Below the pieces are notes generated by a model, which was given only the letters and a program-made list of their open reading frames with translations, made no database searches and was not told where the DNA came from. A program made the position numbers and the translations under genes. Of a stretch of DNA of 64,000 nt, positions 10,444 through 20,355 are shown in pieces (the first letter of the stretch is position 1; the number at the start of each line of letters is the position of its first letter). Source of the stretch: Phycisphaeraceae bacterium (GTDB lineage: Bacteria; Planctomycetota; Phycisphaerae; Phycisphaerales; Phycisphaeraceae); NCBI GenBank assembly GCA_963674705.1, contig OY771506.1, positions 5,152,001 through 5,216,000 of the forward strand, in the 5' to 3' direction.

Positions 10444-11973
10444 ATGCCGTGTAGATGCCTGCTGTGGTTGATTGTTCTTATCATTGCAGCGCCCGCCACA
10501 AACTACGCCCAATCCCCGCCGGACCCGGACTACGTGCGCGGCACGGTTTACGCGAGTTACGCCGACTTCAAGATCGACCTCAACAACATCGCCGCTATGC
10601 CCGCAGGCGCCGCGCGCGAAACGGCTTTCGATGACTTTTTCAATACCCTCGAAGCCGTCGGCCAGGTGCCCTACGCACAAGGCAACCAGGTCGCTTTCCT
10701 CTATAGAAGTTCAAGCGCCTCCAGCGTTTCGTTCCCGGGCGATCACACCGGCTGGAGCGCATCATCGTCATCCGCCGTCGCAACAGAACTCGGCGACACC
10801 GGCGTGTGGATTAAAGAACTCACTTACCCAACCGATGCACGCCTCGACTACAAGATCGTCACCAACGGCAGCAACTGGATACTCGATCCAAAGAACCCGC
10901 TTCAACAATGGGGCGGCTTCGGGCCCAACAACGAACTTCGCATGCCGGATTATGTCTTTGCCCAGGAAACCGTCCGTCACACGGGTGTCCCGATGGGCAC
11001 GCTCACCTCCAACATCCGCACCACCAGCACGAACCTCGGCTACGACGTCAACTACCGTGTCTATACCCCCGCGGGCTACGACACAAACAGCCTGCACAAC
11101 CTGCCCGTGGTCTACATCACCGACGGCCACGAGTTCGCTGCCGACTACCTCGGTTCGGTCACAGTCACGCTCGATAACATCATCGACTCGGGCGAACTGC
11201 AACCCACGATCGCGGTGTTCATCGATCCGCGCGATCCGGATACGGGTACAAACCGTCGAGCCAGCGAATACACCGGCAACCTTGACTTCGCCAACTTCGT
11301 CGCCGATGAACTGGTCGCCGAGGTGGACGCCGCGTACCGCACGAATCCGACGCCGACCGGCCGCACGATCCTCGGCACGTCCTACGGCGGTGTGAATTCG
11401 GCCTACTTCGGCCTCACCCAGTACGACACATTCGAAAACATCGCTCCACTCTCGCCATCGAACTTCCCCAGCATTTACAACAACTACATCTCCGCCGGAC
11501 TGCAGGACGAACTGGACTTCTACCTGACCTATGGCACGATCGGTGACGGCAGCGGCGGCCCTAACCTCTACAACATCCTTTCATCCAACGGCTACAACGT
11601 CACACGCAAAACGGCCAATGAAGGACATTCCTGGGGAAACTGGCGCGCCCAGATCAAAGACATCCTCACCGGCCTGATCGGCGCACCACTACCCGGCGAC
11701 CTCAACTTCGACGGCTTCGTCGGCCTGGACGACCTGGACCTCATTCTCAGCAATTGGAATCAAACCGTCACCCCGGGCGACACCTTCATAGGCGACCCAT
11801 CCGGTGACGGCTTCGTCGGCCTTGACGATCTGGATATCGTTCTGAACAACTGGAACGCCGGCACGCCACCCATTAACGATGCACAATCAGTACCCGAATC
11901 CACGACCCTATTACTCATCCTGCCTTTCACATTCAGACTAATCTACCGTCCCCAAAAGCCGCTTGCGGCTTAG
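10444..11973 (+). CDS. Secreted esterase (Fes-like alpha/beta hydrolase) with dockerin-like module and degenerate PEP-CTERM tail
   Basis: Signal peptide, CBM48-like N-domain, GTSYGG nucleophile, GHSWGNW, GDLNFDGFVGLDDLD x2, VPES + hydrophobic/basic tail. Confidence 0.85.
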   Translation: MPCRCLLWLIVLIIAAPATNYAQSPPDPDYVRGTVYASYADFKIDLNNIAAMPAGAARETAFDDFFNTLEAVGQVPYAQGNQVAFLYRSSSASSVSFPGDHTGWSASSSSAVATELGDTGVWIKELTYPTDARLDYKIVTNGSNWILDPKNPLQQWGGFGPNNELRMPDYVFAQETVRHTGVPMGTLTSNIRTTSTNLGYDVNYRVYTPAGYDTNSLHNLPVVYITDGHEFAADYLGSVTVTLDNIIDSGELQPTIAVFIDPRDPDTGTNRRASEYTGNLDFANFVADELVAEVDAAYRTNPTPTGRTILGTSYGGVNSAYFGLTQYDTFENIAPLSPSNFPSIYNNYISAGLQDELDFYLTYGTIGDGSGGPNLYNILSSNGYNVTRKTANEGHSWGNWRAQIKDILTGLIGAPLPGDLNFDGFVGLDDLDLILSNWNQTVTPGDTFIGDPSGDGFVGLDDLDIVLNNWNAGTPPINDAQSVPESTTLLLILPFTFRLIYRPQKPLAA

Positions 11974-12106
11974 CGCTTTTCCACTCACATATTCGTCATT
12001 GCCAGCTCATCTAATCCCACGCCAGCTATCTCCTCGGTGATGCAAGTTTTCGAGCCACCGGCATCTCTACGTAAATGCTGTTGAATGCCTATCGCAGCGC
12101 ACCCAA

Positions 12107-12529
12107 TCAATCCATTACAAGCATAACTAGCACGTAGATCGTGCCGAAGATGGCGAGCGCGAGTCCATAAGTGACCAATGTCACGAGTATGGCCCGTCCG
12201 TACTTCAGCGATAAACCCATGCTTATCACACCGGCCGCAGCCGGCAGACCTAGACCCAGTGACACGGGTAAAATGATGGCTAAAAGCACCCCCATCCCCG
12301 GGTCCCAATCCAACGCCGCTGAGAGAGCACCGAGAAACAGGCCTCCGATGATTACGAGTGTGCCGATGATCAGGTGGTTCACAAAATAAAGCCCGTATGC
12401 GGTTCCATACGGGACATCTTTCTTGGCAACCCATTCCGCAGCCGCACGGAGGAATACCGCTCCGATGAGTGATCCAACAGCCGCACGCAGTAACATCTTC
12501 CCGAAAAGACCGACAAAAACCTCAATCAT
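12107..12529 (-). CDS. Hypothetical 4-TM membrane protein
   Basis: 140-aa hydrophobic ORF. Confidence 0.65.
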   Translation of the reverse strand: MIEVFVGLFGKMLLRAAVGSLIGAVFLRAAAEWVAKKDVPYGTAYGLYFVNHLIIGTLVIIGGLFLGALSAALDWDPGMGVLLAIILPVSLGLGLPAAAGVISMGLSLKYGRAILVTLVTYGLALAIFGTIYVLVMLVMD

Positions 12530-12639
12530 GCAGCAATACCCCTGGTAAGAAGTTTAGAAAACTGATGCCTCTATATAGAGGATGTGAATTCTGATGTAAA
12601 CTAAAAATGAAAGCTTGATGAAAAAGATACGGTAAGCAG

Positions 12640-13518
12640 TCATCCCACCACTTTCGCCATCGCTTGGGTGCCCAGCTTCCCGCCGCCCTGTTTTGCAACC
12701 GTCTTGAATTTGCCCTGTGCTAATTCCGTCGCTTCCAGGTCGATACCCAAACGCCGCGCAACGTCTTGCAGTATCCCAAGGTCTTTGAGCACCATATTGA
12801 CCGCAAAACCCGGTGCGAAATCGCCGGCCAGGATCTTCGGCCCGAGATTCGATAACTGCCAGCTCCCGCCTGCGCCGCTGCCTAACACTTCGATCATCTT
12901 ATGAGCATCGAGTCCACACTCGCGCGCTAACAGCAACGCTTCACAAACCCCCATCAGGTTGCACACGACGGTGATCTGGTTGCACGCCTTACACGTCTGG
13001 CCGGTGCCGGATTCGCCGAGGTGCACGATGTTCTTGCCCACCGCTTCAAAGACAGGCATCGCACGCTGCACTGCCTCGGCCTTCCCGCCGATCATGATGC
13101 TCAGCGTCCCCGCCTGCGCCCCGACATCACCGCCCGAAACCGGCGCATCCAGCAGCGTCACGCCTTGCCTTGCCAACCTCGATGCAAAGTCTTTCGTCGC
13201 GACCGCGCTGATCGTCGAGTGATCGATCACGATCAGCCCATCCTTCGCGCCGTGTGCAACACCCTGCTCCCCAAACAAGACCGCCTTGACGTCCGGCGTA
13301 TCCGTCACGTTCACGCAGATCACATCAGGCCCGGCCGCCGCCATCGCCGCGGGCGAATCCGCGACCTTCGCGCCAAGCTTCACAAACGCATCGCACTTTT
13401 CCGGGCTGCGATTCCAGACCGTGACATCAAACCCGGCCTTGATCAGGTTCGCCGTCATCGCCCGACCCATAATCCCAAGCCCGATATAACCGATTGTCTT
13501 GATAGCTGCTGTATTCAA
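12640..13518 (-). CDS. NAD(P)-dependent beta-hydroxyacid dehydrogenase (3-hydroxyisobutyrate / tartronate semialdehyde reductase family)
   Basis: GYIGLGIMG, DAPVSGG, KACNQ, KDL; likely TTG start at 13518. Confidence 0.9.
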   Translation of the reverse strand: MNTAAIKTIGYIGLGIMGRAMTANLIKAGFDVTVWNRSPEKCDAFVKLGAKVADSPAAMAAAGPDVICVNVTDTPDVKAVLFGEQGVAHGAKDGLIVIDHSTISAVATKDFASRLARQGVTLLDAPVSGGDVGAQAGTLSIMIGGKAEAVQRAMPVFEAVGKNIVHLGESGTGQTCKACNQITVVCNLMGVCEALLLARECGLDAHKMIEVLGSGAGGSWQLSNLGPKILAGDFAPGFAVNMVLKDLGILQDVARRLGIDLEATELAQGKFKTVAKQGGGKLGTQAMAKVVG

Positions 13519-13551
13519 CTTTAATTCGCCTCGATAAATGCAAAAGAATCT

Positions 13552-13678
13552 GCCACGAAAAAGCGCAAAATACACAAAAAAGAAGAAGCAGGTGGCGTTC
13601 TTGGGTATTCAATATATTGGGAAACCAAGTGATTCAAAACACCAGCCCTTTTGTGTCTTCTGTGCCTTTTCGTGGCTA
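13552..13678. repeat. 9-nt-period inverted-repeat element
   Basis: GCCACGAAAAAGCGCAAAATACACAAAA ... TTTTGTGTCTTCTGTGCCTTTTCGTGGC; right end overlaps the moaC stop codon. Confidence 0.8.
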
Positions 13679-14158
13679 ACAAATCTGCCTTGGTACTTCC
13701 TTATGCTTGCGCACGAGATAGATGTTTTCGATGCGCAGTTCCTTGTCAATCGCTTTGGCCATGTCGTACAACGTCAGGCAGGCAACACTCACCGCTGTCA
13801 GCGCTTCCATCTCGATACCTGTTTTCGCAGTGATCGAGGCGCTTGCGGTCACGCGCAGCCGGTCTTCTGCCGTGCGTTCAAAGTCGACCTGCACGTGATC
13901 CAATGGCAGCGGATGGCACAACGGGATCAACTCCCCGCACTTCTTCGCCGCCATCACCCCCGCGACGCGCGCCACCGCCAGCGCCTCACCTTTGGGTAAT
14001 GGATCACTTCCGGGCACGTTCATCAACCGATCAAGCGTGTCCGGACAAGCGACAAACTCCCCCGCCGCCAAAGCCGACCGCTTCACCGCCGGCTTATCCC
14101 CCACATCCACCATCCGCGCCCGCCCCGCCTCATCCAGATGACTCAGGTCTTTGCTCAT
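13676..14158 (-). CDS. moaC: Cyclic pyranopterin monophosphate synthase MoaC
   Basis: LSHLDEAGRARMVDV, LIPLCHPL, TGIEMEAL, LYDMAKA. Confidence 0.95.
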   Translation of the reverse strand: MSKDLSHLDEAGRARMVDVGDKPAVKRSALAAGEFVACPDTLDRLMNVPGSDPLPKGEALAVARVAGVMAAKKCGELIPLCHPLPLDHVQVDFERTAEDRLRVTASASITAKTGIEMEALTAVSVACLTLYDMAKAIDKELRIENIYLVRKHKEVPRQIC

Positions 14159-14185
14159 GGGTTTATTCTACGGGAAGACGGGAAT

Positions 14186-14382
14186 GGAACAGGGATGAAC
14201 ACAGATGGACACGGATATATGACGAATAAGAGGTGTTAACCGCAGATTGCGCAGATTTGGATTCATGTATTCTTGTTTTTAAATCTGCGCCATCTGCGGG
14301 CTAACCCTCCTATCTGTGTTCATCCGTGTCCATCCCTGTTCCACCTCTTTCCCCTCTGTGTCCTCTGCGTCCTCTGCGGTGA
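14186..14382. repeat. Nested 9-nt-period inverted elements
   Basis: Outer GGAACAGGGATGAACACAGATGGACACGGAT / ATCTGTGTTCATCCGTGTCCATCCCTGTTCC; inner CCGCAGATTGCGCAGATTT / AAATCTGCGCCATCTGCGG; half element CTCTGTGTCCTCTGCGTCCTCTGCGGTGA. Confidence 0.85.
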
Positions 14383-14391
14383 AAATTCTTA

Positions 14392-14434
14392 TTGACTTTC
14401 ACCCCGCTGCCCGATACTATGTAATACATAGTAT
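14392..14434 (+). promoter_or_regulatory. Promoter with overlapping palindromic operator (probable PadR autoregulation)
   Basis: TTGACT-17-TACTAT; perfect inverted repeat ATACTATGTA-A-TACATAGTAT at 14414-14434. Confidence 0.75.
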
Positions 14435-14458
14435 GTGTCACACGAAAGGTGGTTCGCC

Positions 14459-14803
14459 ATGAAAATCGAGCGGGAACTGATGCGGGGCGCCGGGCCGGTC
14501 GCTGTCCTCAAACTCCTGGAACGCGGGGAAATGTACGGCTACGAGATCGTCAAGGCCCTCGATCAACGCAGCGAAGGCGTCCTGGCGATGGGCCAATCCA
14601 CCCTCTACCCCATGCTCTACAACCTTGAAGCCAAGGGCTTGATCCAGAGCCGGATGGACGCCGCCGACAACGGCCGACCCCGCAAGTACTACCAACTCAC
14701 CGGCAAAGGCAAAAAACGCCTCGCCCACGACACCCAGCAGTGGCAGGCCGTCACCGCCGCCATGAACGCGCTGGGCGTCACCCAATGCATCCAGGGGGCA
14801 TAA
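14459..14803 (+). CDS. PadR family transcriptional regulator
   Basis: MYGYEI, TLYPMLYNLE, RKYYQLTGKG winged-helix motifs. Confidence 0.92.
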   Translation: MKIERELMRGAGPVAVLKLLERGEMYGYEIVKALDQRSEGVLAMGQSTLYPMLYNLEAKGLIQSRMDAADNGRPRKYYQLTGKGKKRLAHDTQQWQAVTAAMNALGVTQCIQGA

Positions 14804-14805
14804 CC

Positions 14806-16770
14806 ATGACGACCGCCACACTCAAACGCAGGCTTTTCAAAACCCCCATGCGCGACCTGATCCGCGGCCGCGTCACCGGCAGGCTGGACATCGATGCGCT
14901 GCTCGAAGATTCAGACCTGCCCAAAAACGCCGCCGACAAAGTCCGCCGCGTCGTCAAACGCACGCGACTGTGGCGTCTGGAAAAAGTAGATGTCGCCAAC
15001 GAACTGATCGCCCACTTCCAGGACGGCCTCGAAGCAGAAACCCCCATAGAAGAACTGCTCAAATCCTTCGGCAACGAAAAACAAACCGCCAAACTCATCC
15101 GCCGCGCCAAAAAACGCCAACGCCCTCTCGCCTGGCACATCTTCGCATGGGCGAGGCTGACAGTTGTCTGTTTCCTTGGGTTCTACATCGTCTCAGCGCT
15201 CTACCTGCTTACAGGTTCGCCTTCGGTCAAGACCGATTACGTTGCCGTCATCAACAAACAGGCCAACCAGATTCCCGAAGACCAAGCCGCGTGGCCGTTG
15301 TATCGGCAAGCCATGCTGGAGTTGAATCTCTGGCAGGAGCGTGAATGGGACACGCCGATCCCGTATTTCGCCGAGTTGCCTGAACCCGAGCGCGAAGATA
15401 TTGATCCCAGTTACTATGAACCGCCGTACGTCATGGATCAGATGACAAGGCTTTTTTACTCCCTGCATCCGAATGATCCGGGCTGGGACCAGACCGTGCA
15501 ATTCCTGCGTGAACATGCGCAATCCATTAGCCTGATCCGAGAAGCAACGGACAAGACCGGCTTTGGGCTCAAAATAGGATTCGCAAGTGATTATTCTTCC
15601 GAGGACCTTGAAGCGTGCAACTATCATCCGGAACCCGAAACACTTGCTGCCATGACGGACAAGACGTTTCGAGATCCGGAACGGGCGTTAATTGGCATAG
15701 CGATCCCTCATCTTTCGCGGATACGTGACATAGCTCGTCTGCTTTGCGCCGATGCATTGCGTGCTGCCGAAGCAGGCGACGCCGATACCGCGATACGGGA
15801 TGTCATCGCAATACAACGACTCAGCAAACAAGCGGAAGAACAACCACTGCTTTTTAATGGTCTTGTGGGCATCTCAGCGCGAACCCTCGGCTTTGAAACG
15901 ATCCAAGACATCCTCATCAACTATCCTGACCTTTTGACACAGCAGCAACTCCGCGACCTCGCCCATGTACTAGCATCCACACAGATCGATCACGAACCGT
16001 GGTACAACGGCGAGCGATTCTGGTTCTACGACTTCCTTCAACGCACCTATACTGATGATGGTGAAGGTGGTGGTTACATCACGAAAAAAGGGATCGAAGA
16101 CCTGAAGTCGTATGACAGCGGTGACTCACCTTTCAACCGATATGATGGACCCTTCACAGGCGCGCTGATCACAGCAAGTTTGCCGGCCGCCGCAATCTTG
16201 ATTGCTCCACGCGAAGAGATGCGCTGTGTATACGATGACTTCATCGATCAGGCTATCCTCGATTCAAACAAACCGCTGTGGGAGTATGATTACAAAGATG
16301 GTCTGCACGCAAAGTATGACCAACTTATGTCTTCATCGGGTAATAGGCTACGTTATCTACCGCTTGACGTATTCATGCCAGCCTTGTCTGCAGTGAATAA
16401 GACTATCCATAGATATTACGGCTCACGCGACGGCATCCTGATCGGGATCGCGCTTACCCTTTACCAGCAAGAGCACGGCAATTGGCCCGATTCACTCGAC
16501 GATCTATCCCCCACTTATCTCCCAAGTGTGCCGATCGATCGCTTGACCGGAAAACCGCTTCACTACCGCATCACCGATGAAGGCCCATTGGTCTACAGCG
16601 TCGGCGTGGATGGAGATGACGATGCGGGACGGGTACCTGTAGACACTGACGGGAAGGTAAACAATGGTATGGCTTCACCCACACAATTAAATGGGCCCCT
16701 GTCGGATCGGTTGGCAGACCCAAATTGCGATGGCGACTGGGTGCTCTGGCCTCAGCCTCATAAGCAATAA
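14806..16770 (+). CDS. PadR-associated single-pass membrane protein (HAAS-like N-terminus, large extracytoplasmic domain)
   Basis: DVANELIAHFQDG..LLKSFG motif, one TM, C-terminal WPDSLDDLSP..PID...YSVGVDGDDD. Confidence 0.75.
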   Translation: MTTATLKRRLFKTPMRDLIRGRVTGRLDIDALLEDSDLPKNAADKVRRVVKRTRLWRLEKVDVANELIAHFQDGLEAETPIEELLKSFGNEKQTAKLIRRAKKRQRPLAWHIFAWARLTVVCFLGFYIVSALYLLTGSPSVKTDYVAVINKQANQIPEDQAAWPLYRQAMLELNLWQEREWDTPIPYFAELPEPEREDIDPSYYEPPYVMDQMTRLFYSLHPNDPGWDQTVQFLREHAQSISLIREATDKTGFGLKIGFASDYSSEDLEACNYHPEPETLAAMTDKTFRDPERALIGIAIPHLSRIRDIARLLCADALRAAEAGDADTAIRDVIAIQRLSKQAEEQPLLFNGLVGISARTLGFETIQDILINYPDLLTQQQLRDLAHVLASTQIDHEPWYNGERFWFYDFLQRTYTDDGEGGGYITKKGIEDLKSYDSGDSPFNRYDGPFTGALITASLPAAAILIAPREEMRCVYDDFIDQAILDSNKPLWEYDYKDGLHAKYDQLMSSSGNRLRYLPLDVFMPALSAVNKTIHRYYGSRDGILIGIALTLYQQEHGNWPDSLDDLSPTYLPSVPIDRLTGKPLHYRITDEGPLVYSVGVDGDDDAGRVPVDTDGKVNNGMASPTQLNGPLSDRLADPNCDGDWVLWPQPHKQ

Positions 16771-16959
16771 ATACGCCGCACACCCTTCGCCATACAGAGC
16801 CGCGTCGCCCTCGACGCGGTCCGCCGTGGGGGCACGGCGGCTCGGATAATAAAATGCTACGTCTCTACATCGCCCTCGACGCGGCTCGGATAAGTGGAAT
16901 CGCCACGTCTCTTCTTCGCTCCCTGACGCGATCCGCCCCGGTCGATTACAATCTCCGGC

Positions 16960-17442
16960 ATGAAGCCCACCCCCCCGCTGCTGCTTGTGATCGGCTGCCT
17001 GATGTCGGTCGGCTGCGTCCAACGCACGATCTCCATTACCAGCGAACCCACCGGGGCGCTGGTCTATCTCAATGACCGTGAGGTCGGGCACACGCCGGTG
17101 ACTGTGCCGTTCACGTTCTATGGGATCTACGACGTCCGCATGGAGGCCGACGGTTATAAACCACTGTGGACACAGCAAAAAGCTAAGGCCCCATGGTGGG
17201 AGACCCCCGGAATTGACCTCTTTGCGGAGGCGGTGCCCAACGGTAAGGCGGAGCTGCACTGGCACTTTGCCATGGAAACCCAGCCCTCGGCTGAAGAGAC
17301 TGATGTCGACATGCTGATCGACCACGCCAGGCAACTGCGGGCGGCCACCGTGGATCAGGAACCTGCCAACACGGCGGAACAACCCCCGGAACAAACCCCG
17401 GAACAAACCCCGGAACAAACCCCGGAGCAAGCCCCAGAATAA
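16960..17442 (+). CDS. PEGA-domain lipoprotein
   Basis: Lipobox SVGC, ITSEPTGALVYLND..G.TP. Confidence 0.85.
   Translation: MKPTPPLLLVIGCLMSVGCVQRTISITSEPTGALVYLNDREVGHTPVTVPFTFYGIYDVRMEADGYKPLWTQQKAKAPWWETPGIDLFAEAVPNGKAELHWHFAMETQPSAEETDVDMLIDHARQLRAATVDQEPANTAEQPPEQTPEQTPEQTPEQAPE
17377..17436 (+). repeat. 12-nt coding tandem repeat (EQTP-like) x5
   Basis: GAACAAACCCCG units. Confidence 0.9.
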
Positions 17443-17491
17443 ATCTACCCTCAGCCCCCGGCCTATCCGGCGGACAATCCCATACAAAGCC

Positions 17492-17950
17492 ATGCACGAG
17501 CCGATTAAGTACCATCAAAACCCCACCCCCGCCCCCGGAAGCTCCCCGGCCCCGGAAGGTGACCCCGAAGCCACGCCCGGCGCGATCGGCGACAGTGCGC
17601 CCGTCACCAAAGTCCGTCCCACGCACATCGACCTGCAAAAGGACAAGCAACTGACCATCCGCTGGTCCGACGGCCACGAATCGGTCTATTCGATCGGCCT
17701 GTTACGTAAGCTTTCGCCCTCGGCAGACGCCCGCGAGTTACGAAAGGAAATGGATCGCAATCCCCTGACCGTCCTGCCCTCGGGGCACGGCAGCCACGGT
17801 CCGTTAACCGCTCTAGGTGTTGAAATGGTCGGCAATTATGCAATACGCATCAACTTCTCCGACGGCCACAACACCGGCATCTACACCTGGCACTACCTAA
17901 GACACATTGATCCCAATGACCCGGATCGCGTAATCGATCAGGACGGTTGA
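17492..17950 (+). CDS. DUF971 / GBBH-like N-terminal domain protein
   Basis: IRWSDGH, LRKLSPSA, VGNYAIRINFSDGHNTGIY. Confidence 0.85.
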   Translation: MHEPIKYHQNPTPAPGSSPAPEGDPEATPGAIGDSAPVTKVRPTHIDLQKDKQLTIRWSDGHESVYSIGLLRKLSPSADARELRKEMDRNPLTVLPSGHGSHGPLTALGVEMVGNYAIRINFSDGHNTGIYTWHYLRHIDPNDPDRVIDQDG

Positions 17951-18006
17951 CGTCACTACCCATCCCCTATAAAAACTCTAACGTATTTTTAACATAAGGC
18001 CCCACC

Positions 18007-18684
18007 ATGCGAACCATCGCCAAACTGTTCGGTCAATCTCCGATCGTCCCGCTGCAGGCTCACATGGAAGTCGTGACCAACTGTGTTGAGAAGGTCAAGC
18101 AGCTATTCGAGGCTCTGTATCGCACCGATCAGGACGCGATCGAGAAACTGGCGATCGAGACCTCCAAGCTGGAACTCGAAGCCGACCAGCTCAAGCATGA
18201 CATCCAGAGCCACCTGCCTAAGCGGATGTTCCTGGCGATCGATCGCGGCCGCATCCTCGATATCCTCGCCGCCCAGGACAACCTCGCCGACAAGGCCGAG
18301 AACATCGGCGTGCTGCTCACGCTCAAACCCCTGACGATGCCCGATTGGCTGAAGGAGGACTTCAACGCCTTCCTCGCCACAAATATCAAGGCGTTCGAGG
18401 GCGCACGCGGCATCATCAACGAACTGGACGAACTGCTGGAAAGCGGCTTCGGCGGCGACGAGGCCGAACGCGTCCTGCGCATGGTTGAACGTGTCGCCCA
18501 GACCGAGCACGAGGTCGATCTGCTACAACGGCAGATGCTCAAGAACCTCTTCGCCAACGAGACCGCCCTCACCACCGGGGAATTCTTCCTCTGGACCAAG
18601 CTCTTCAAGCAGGTCGGTGACCTGTCCAACCTTTCCGAACGGCTGGCGAACCGGGTCCGTCGGACGCTGGAGTTGAAGAAGTGA
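18007..18684 (+). CDS. DUF47/TIGR00153 PhoU-like phosphate transport regulator
   Basis: LELEADQLK..I...L, QDNLADKAE, EHEVD; upstream of PiT. Confidence 0.88.
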   Translation: MRTIAKLFGQSPIVPLQAHMEVVTNCVEKVKQLFEALYRTDQDAIEKLAIETSKLELEADQLKHDIQSHLPKRMFLAIDRGRILDILAAQDNLADKAENIGVLLTLKPLTMPDWLKEDFNAFLATNIKAFEGARGIINELDELLESGFGGDEAERVLRMVERVAQTEHEVDLLQRQMLKNLFANETALTTGEFFLWTKLFKQVGDLSNLSERLANRVRRTLELKK

Positions 18685-18748
18685 CCGACTCACGGGCCGA
18701 GCCACACACCCGATTCATCAAACTTCCCAAGGAATAGACCGGATACTT

Positions 18749-20254
18749 ATGGGCACTGAAGCGATGATTCTGACCGGGCTGGCCCTGCTTTTCGGGCTGT
18801 ACATGGCCTGGAACATCGGCGCCAACGACGTCGCCAACGCCATGGGCACCAGCGTCGGCTCAGGCGCGCTGACACTCAAACGTGCGGTCATCCTCGCCGC
18901 CGTCATGGAGTTTGCCGGCGCATTCTTCATCGGCCCGCACGTCACCGAAACCGTGCGCAAGGGCATCATCGACATCAGCATGTTCTCCGGCGAGGAAGGC
19001 GCGCGCATGCTCTGCTTCGGCATGCTTGCCGCGCTGCTCGCTGCTGGCGCCTGGCTGCAGATCGCGTCCTACTTCGGCTGGCCCGTCTCCACGACACACT
19101 CCATCGTCGGCGCGATCGTCGGATTCGGGTGTGTCTACGGCGGCATCCACACCGTCGACTGGTTCGGCGGCAACGGCTTTAATGTCGTTACCATCCTCAG
19201 CGGCAAAGGCGGCGTCGCCTCCATCGTCGCCAGTTGGGTCGTCTCACCGCTGATATCCGGCGTCATCGCCTACTTTGTCTTCCGCTTCATCCTCCGCAAG
19301 ATCTTTTACAGGCCCGACCCCGTCGTCGCTGCGCGCAAGTGGACGCCGATCCTGGTTTTCGCCGTCCTCGTGACGATGATGCTCGTGCTCTCCTTGAAAG
19401 GGCTCAAGCCTTTCTGGCACGATAACTTCGGCTTGAAACCCACGGATAAGTGGCCTTTAACCATCGGCCTGGGCGCATCAATCCTGAGCGGCATCGTCGG
19501 CGCACTGGTGTCCCGCAAGCTGGTCGTCAAAGTCAAAGACGACGACCCCGCCTTGGCGCGATTGCAGGCCGACCTCTACACCGCGCGGGCGATGAGCAAG
19601 GCACTCATGCACCTGCGCCGCGTACACAGCACCGCCATCGACGACCAGGCACGCGCCCAGGCGCAACGGGCTCTGGATGAATCCGAAAAGCTCTACAAGG
19701 AAGTACGCGACCGCACACGCGGAAACACCGACAGCCACATCTACCACAATGTCGAACGCATCTTCATCTATCTGCAGATCATCAGCGCCGCGTTCGTCGC
19801 ACTCGCACACGGCTCCAACGACGTTGCCAACGCGATCGGCCCGCTCTCTGTCGTCGTTGAAACCGCAAAGACAATGTCGATCCCGGAAAAAACTTCCGTC
19901 CCGCTGTGGGTGCTCGGTGTCGGCGGCGTCGGCATCGTCATCGGCCTGGCTGTCTGGGGCTGGCGCGTCATGCAGACCGTCGGCAAACGCATCACCGAAC
20001 TCACCCCCTCACGCGGCTTCTGCGCCGAGTTCGCCGCCGCCATCACCATCCTCATCGCCAGTGTCTACAAGCTGCCCATCTCAACCACGCACACCCTCGT
20101 CGGCGCCGTCTTAGGTGTCGGCCTGGCACGCGGCATCGGCGCCCTGAACCTCAACACCATCCGCGACATCGTCGCCTCATGGATCATCACCATCCCCGCC
20201 GGCGCAGGCCTCGCCATCCTCTTCTTCTACGGCCTGCAATTGATCTTCGGCTGA
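18749..20254 (+). CDS. Inorganic phosphate transporter (PiT family)
   Basis: GANDVANA, PVSTTH, HGSNDVANA, PISTTH. Confidence 0.95.
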   Translation: MGTEAMILTGLALLFGLYMAWNIGANDVANAMGTSVGSGALTLKRAVILAAVMEFAGAFFIGPHVTETVRKGIIDISMFSGEEGARMLCFGMLAALLAAGAWLQIASYFGWPVSTTHSIVGAIVGFGCVYGGIHTVDWFGGNGFNVVTILSGKGGVASIVASWVVSPLISGVIAYFVFRFILRKIFYRPDPVVAARKWTPILVFAVLVTMMLVLSLKGLKPFWHDNFGLKPTDKWPLTIGLGASILSGIVGALVSRKLVVKVKDDDPALARLQADLYTARAMSKALMHLRRVHSTAIDDQARAQAQRALDESEKLYKEVRDRTRGNTDSHIYHNVERIFIYLQIISAAFVALAHGSNDVANAIGPLSVVVETAKTMSIPEKTSVPLWVLGVGGVGIVIGLAVWGWRVMQTVGKRITELTPSRGFCAEFAAAITILIASVYKLPISTTHTLVGAVLGVGLARGIGALNLNTIRDIVASWIITIPAGAGLAILFFYGLQLIFG

Positions 20255-20341
20255 TGTTCAATGTTCGATCTTCAATGTTCAATCTGAATGAGAAGGTACG
20301 GTTTTTTATACATTGAACATTGAACATTCCACATTGAACAT
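20254..20341. repeat. Inverted heptamer arrays (ATGTTCA)n / (TGAACAT)n
   Basis: Visible tandem heptamers in opposite orientation. Confidence 0.85.
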
Positions 20342-20355
20342 CTACCCTATTTCCC

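Noticed and set aside
17377..17436. 12-nt VNTR as a phase-variation switch
   Set aside because: The unit is a multiple of 3 at a disordered C-terminus, so copy-number change would not shift the frame.
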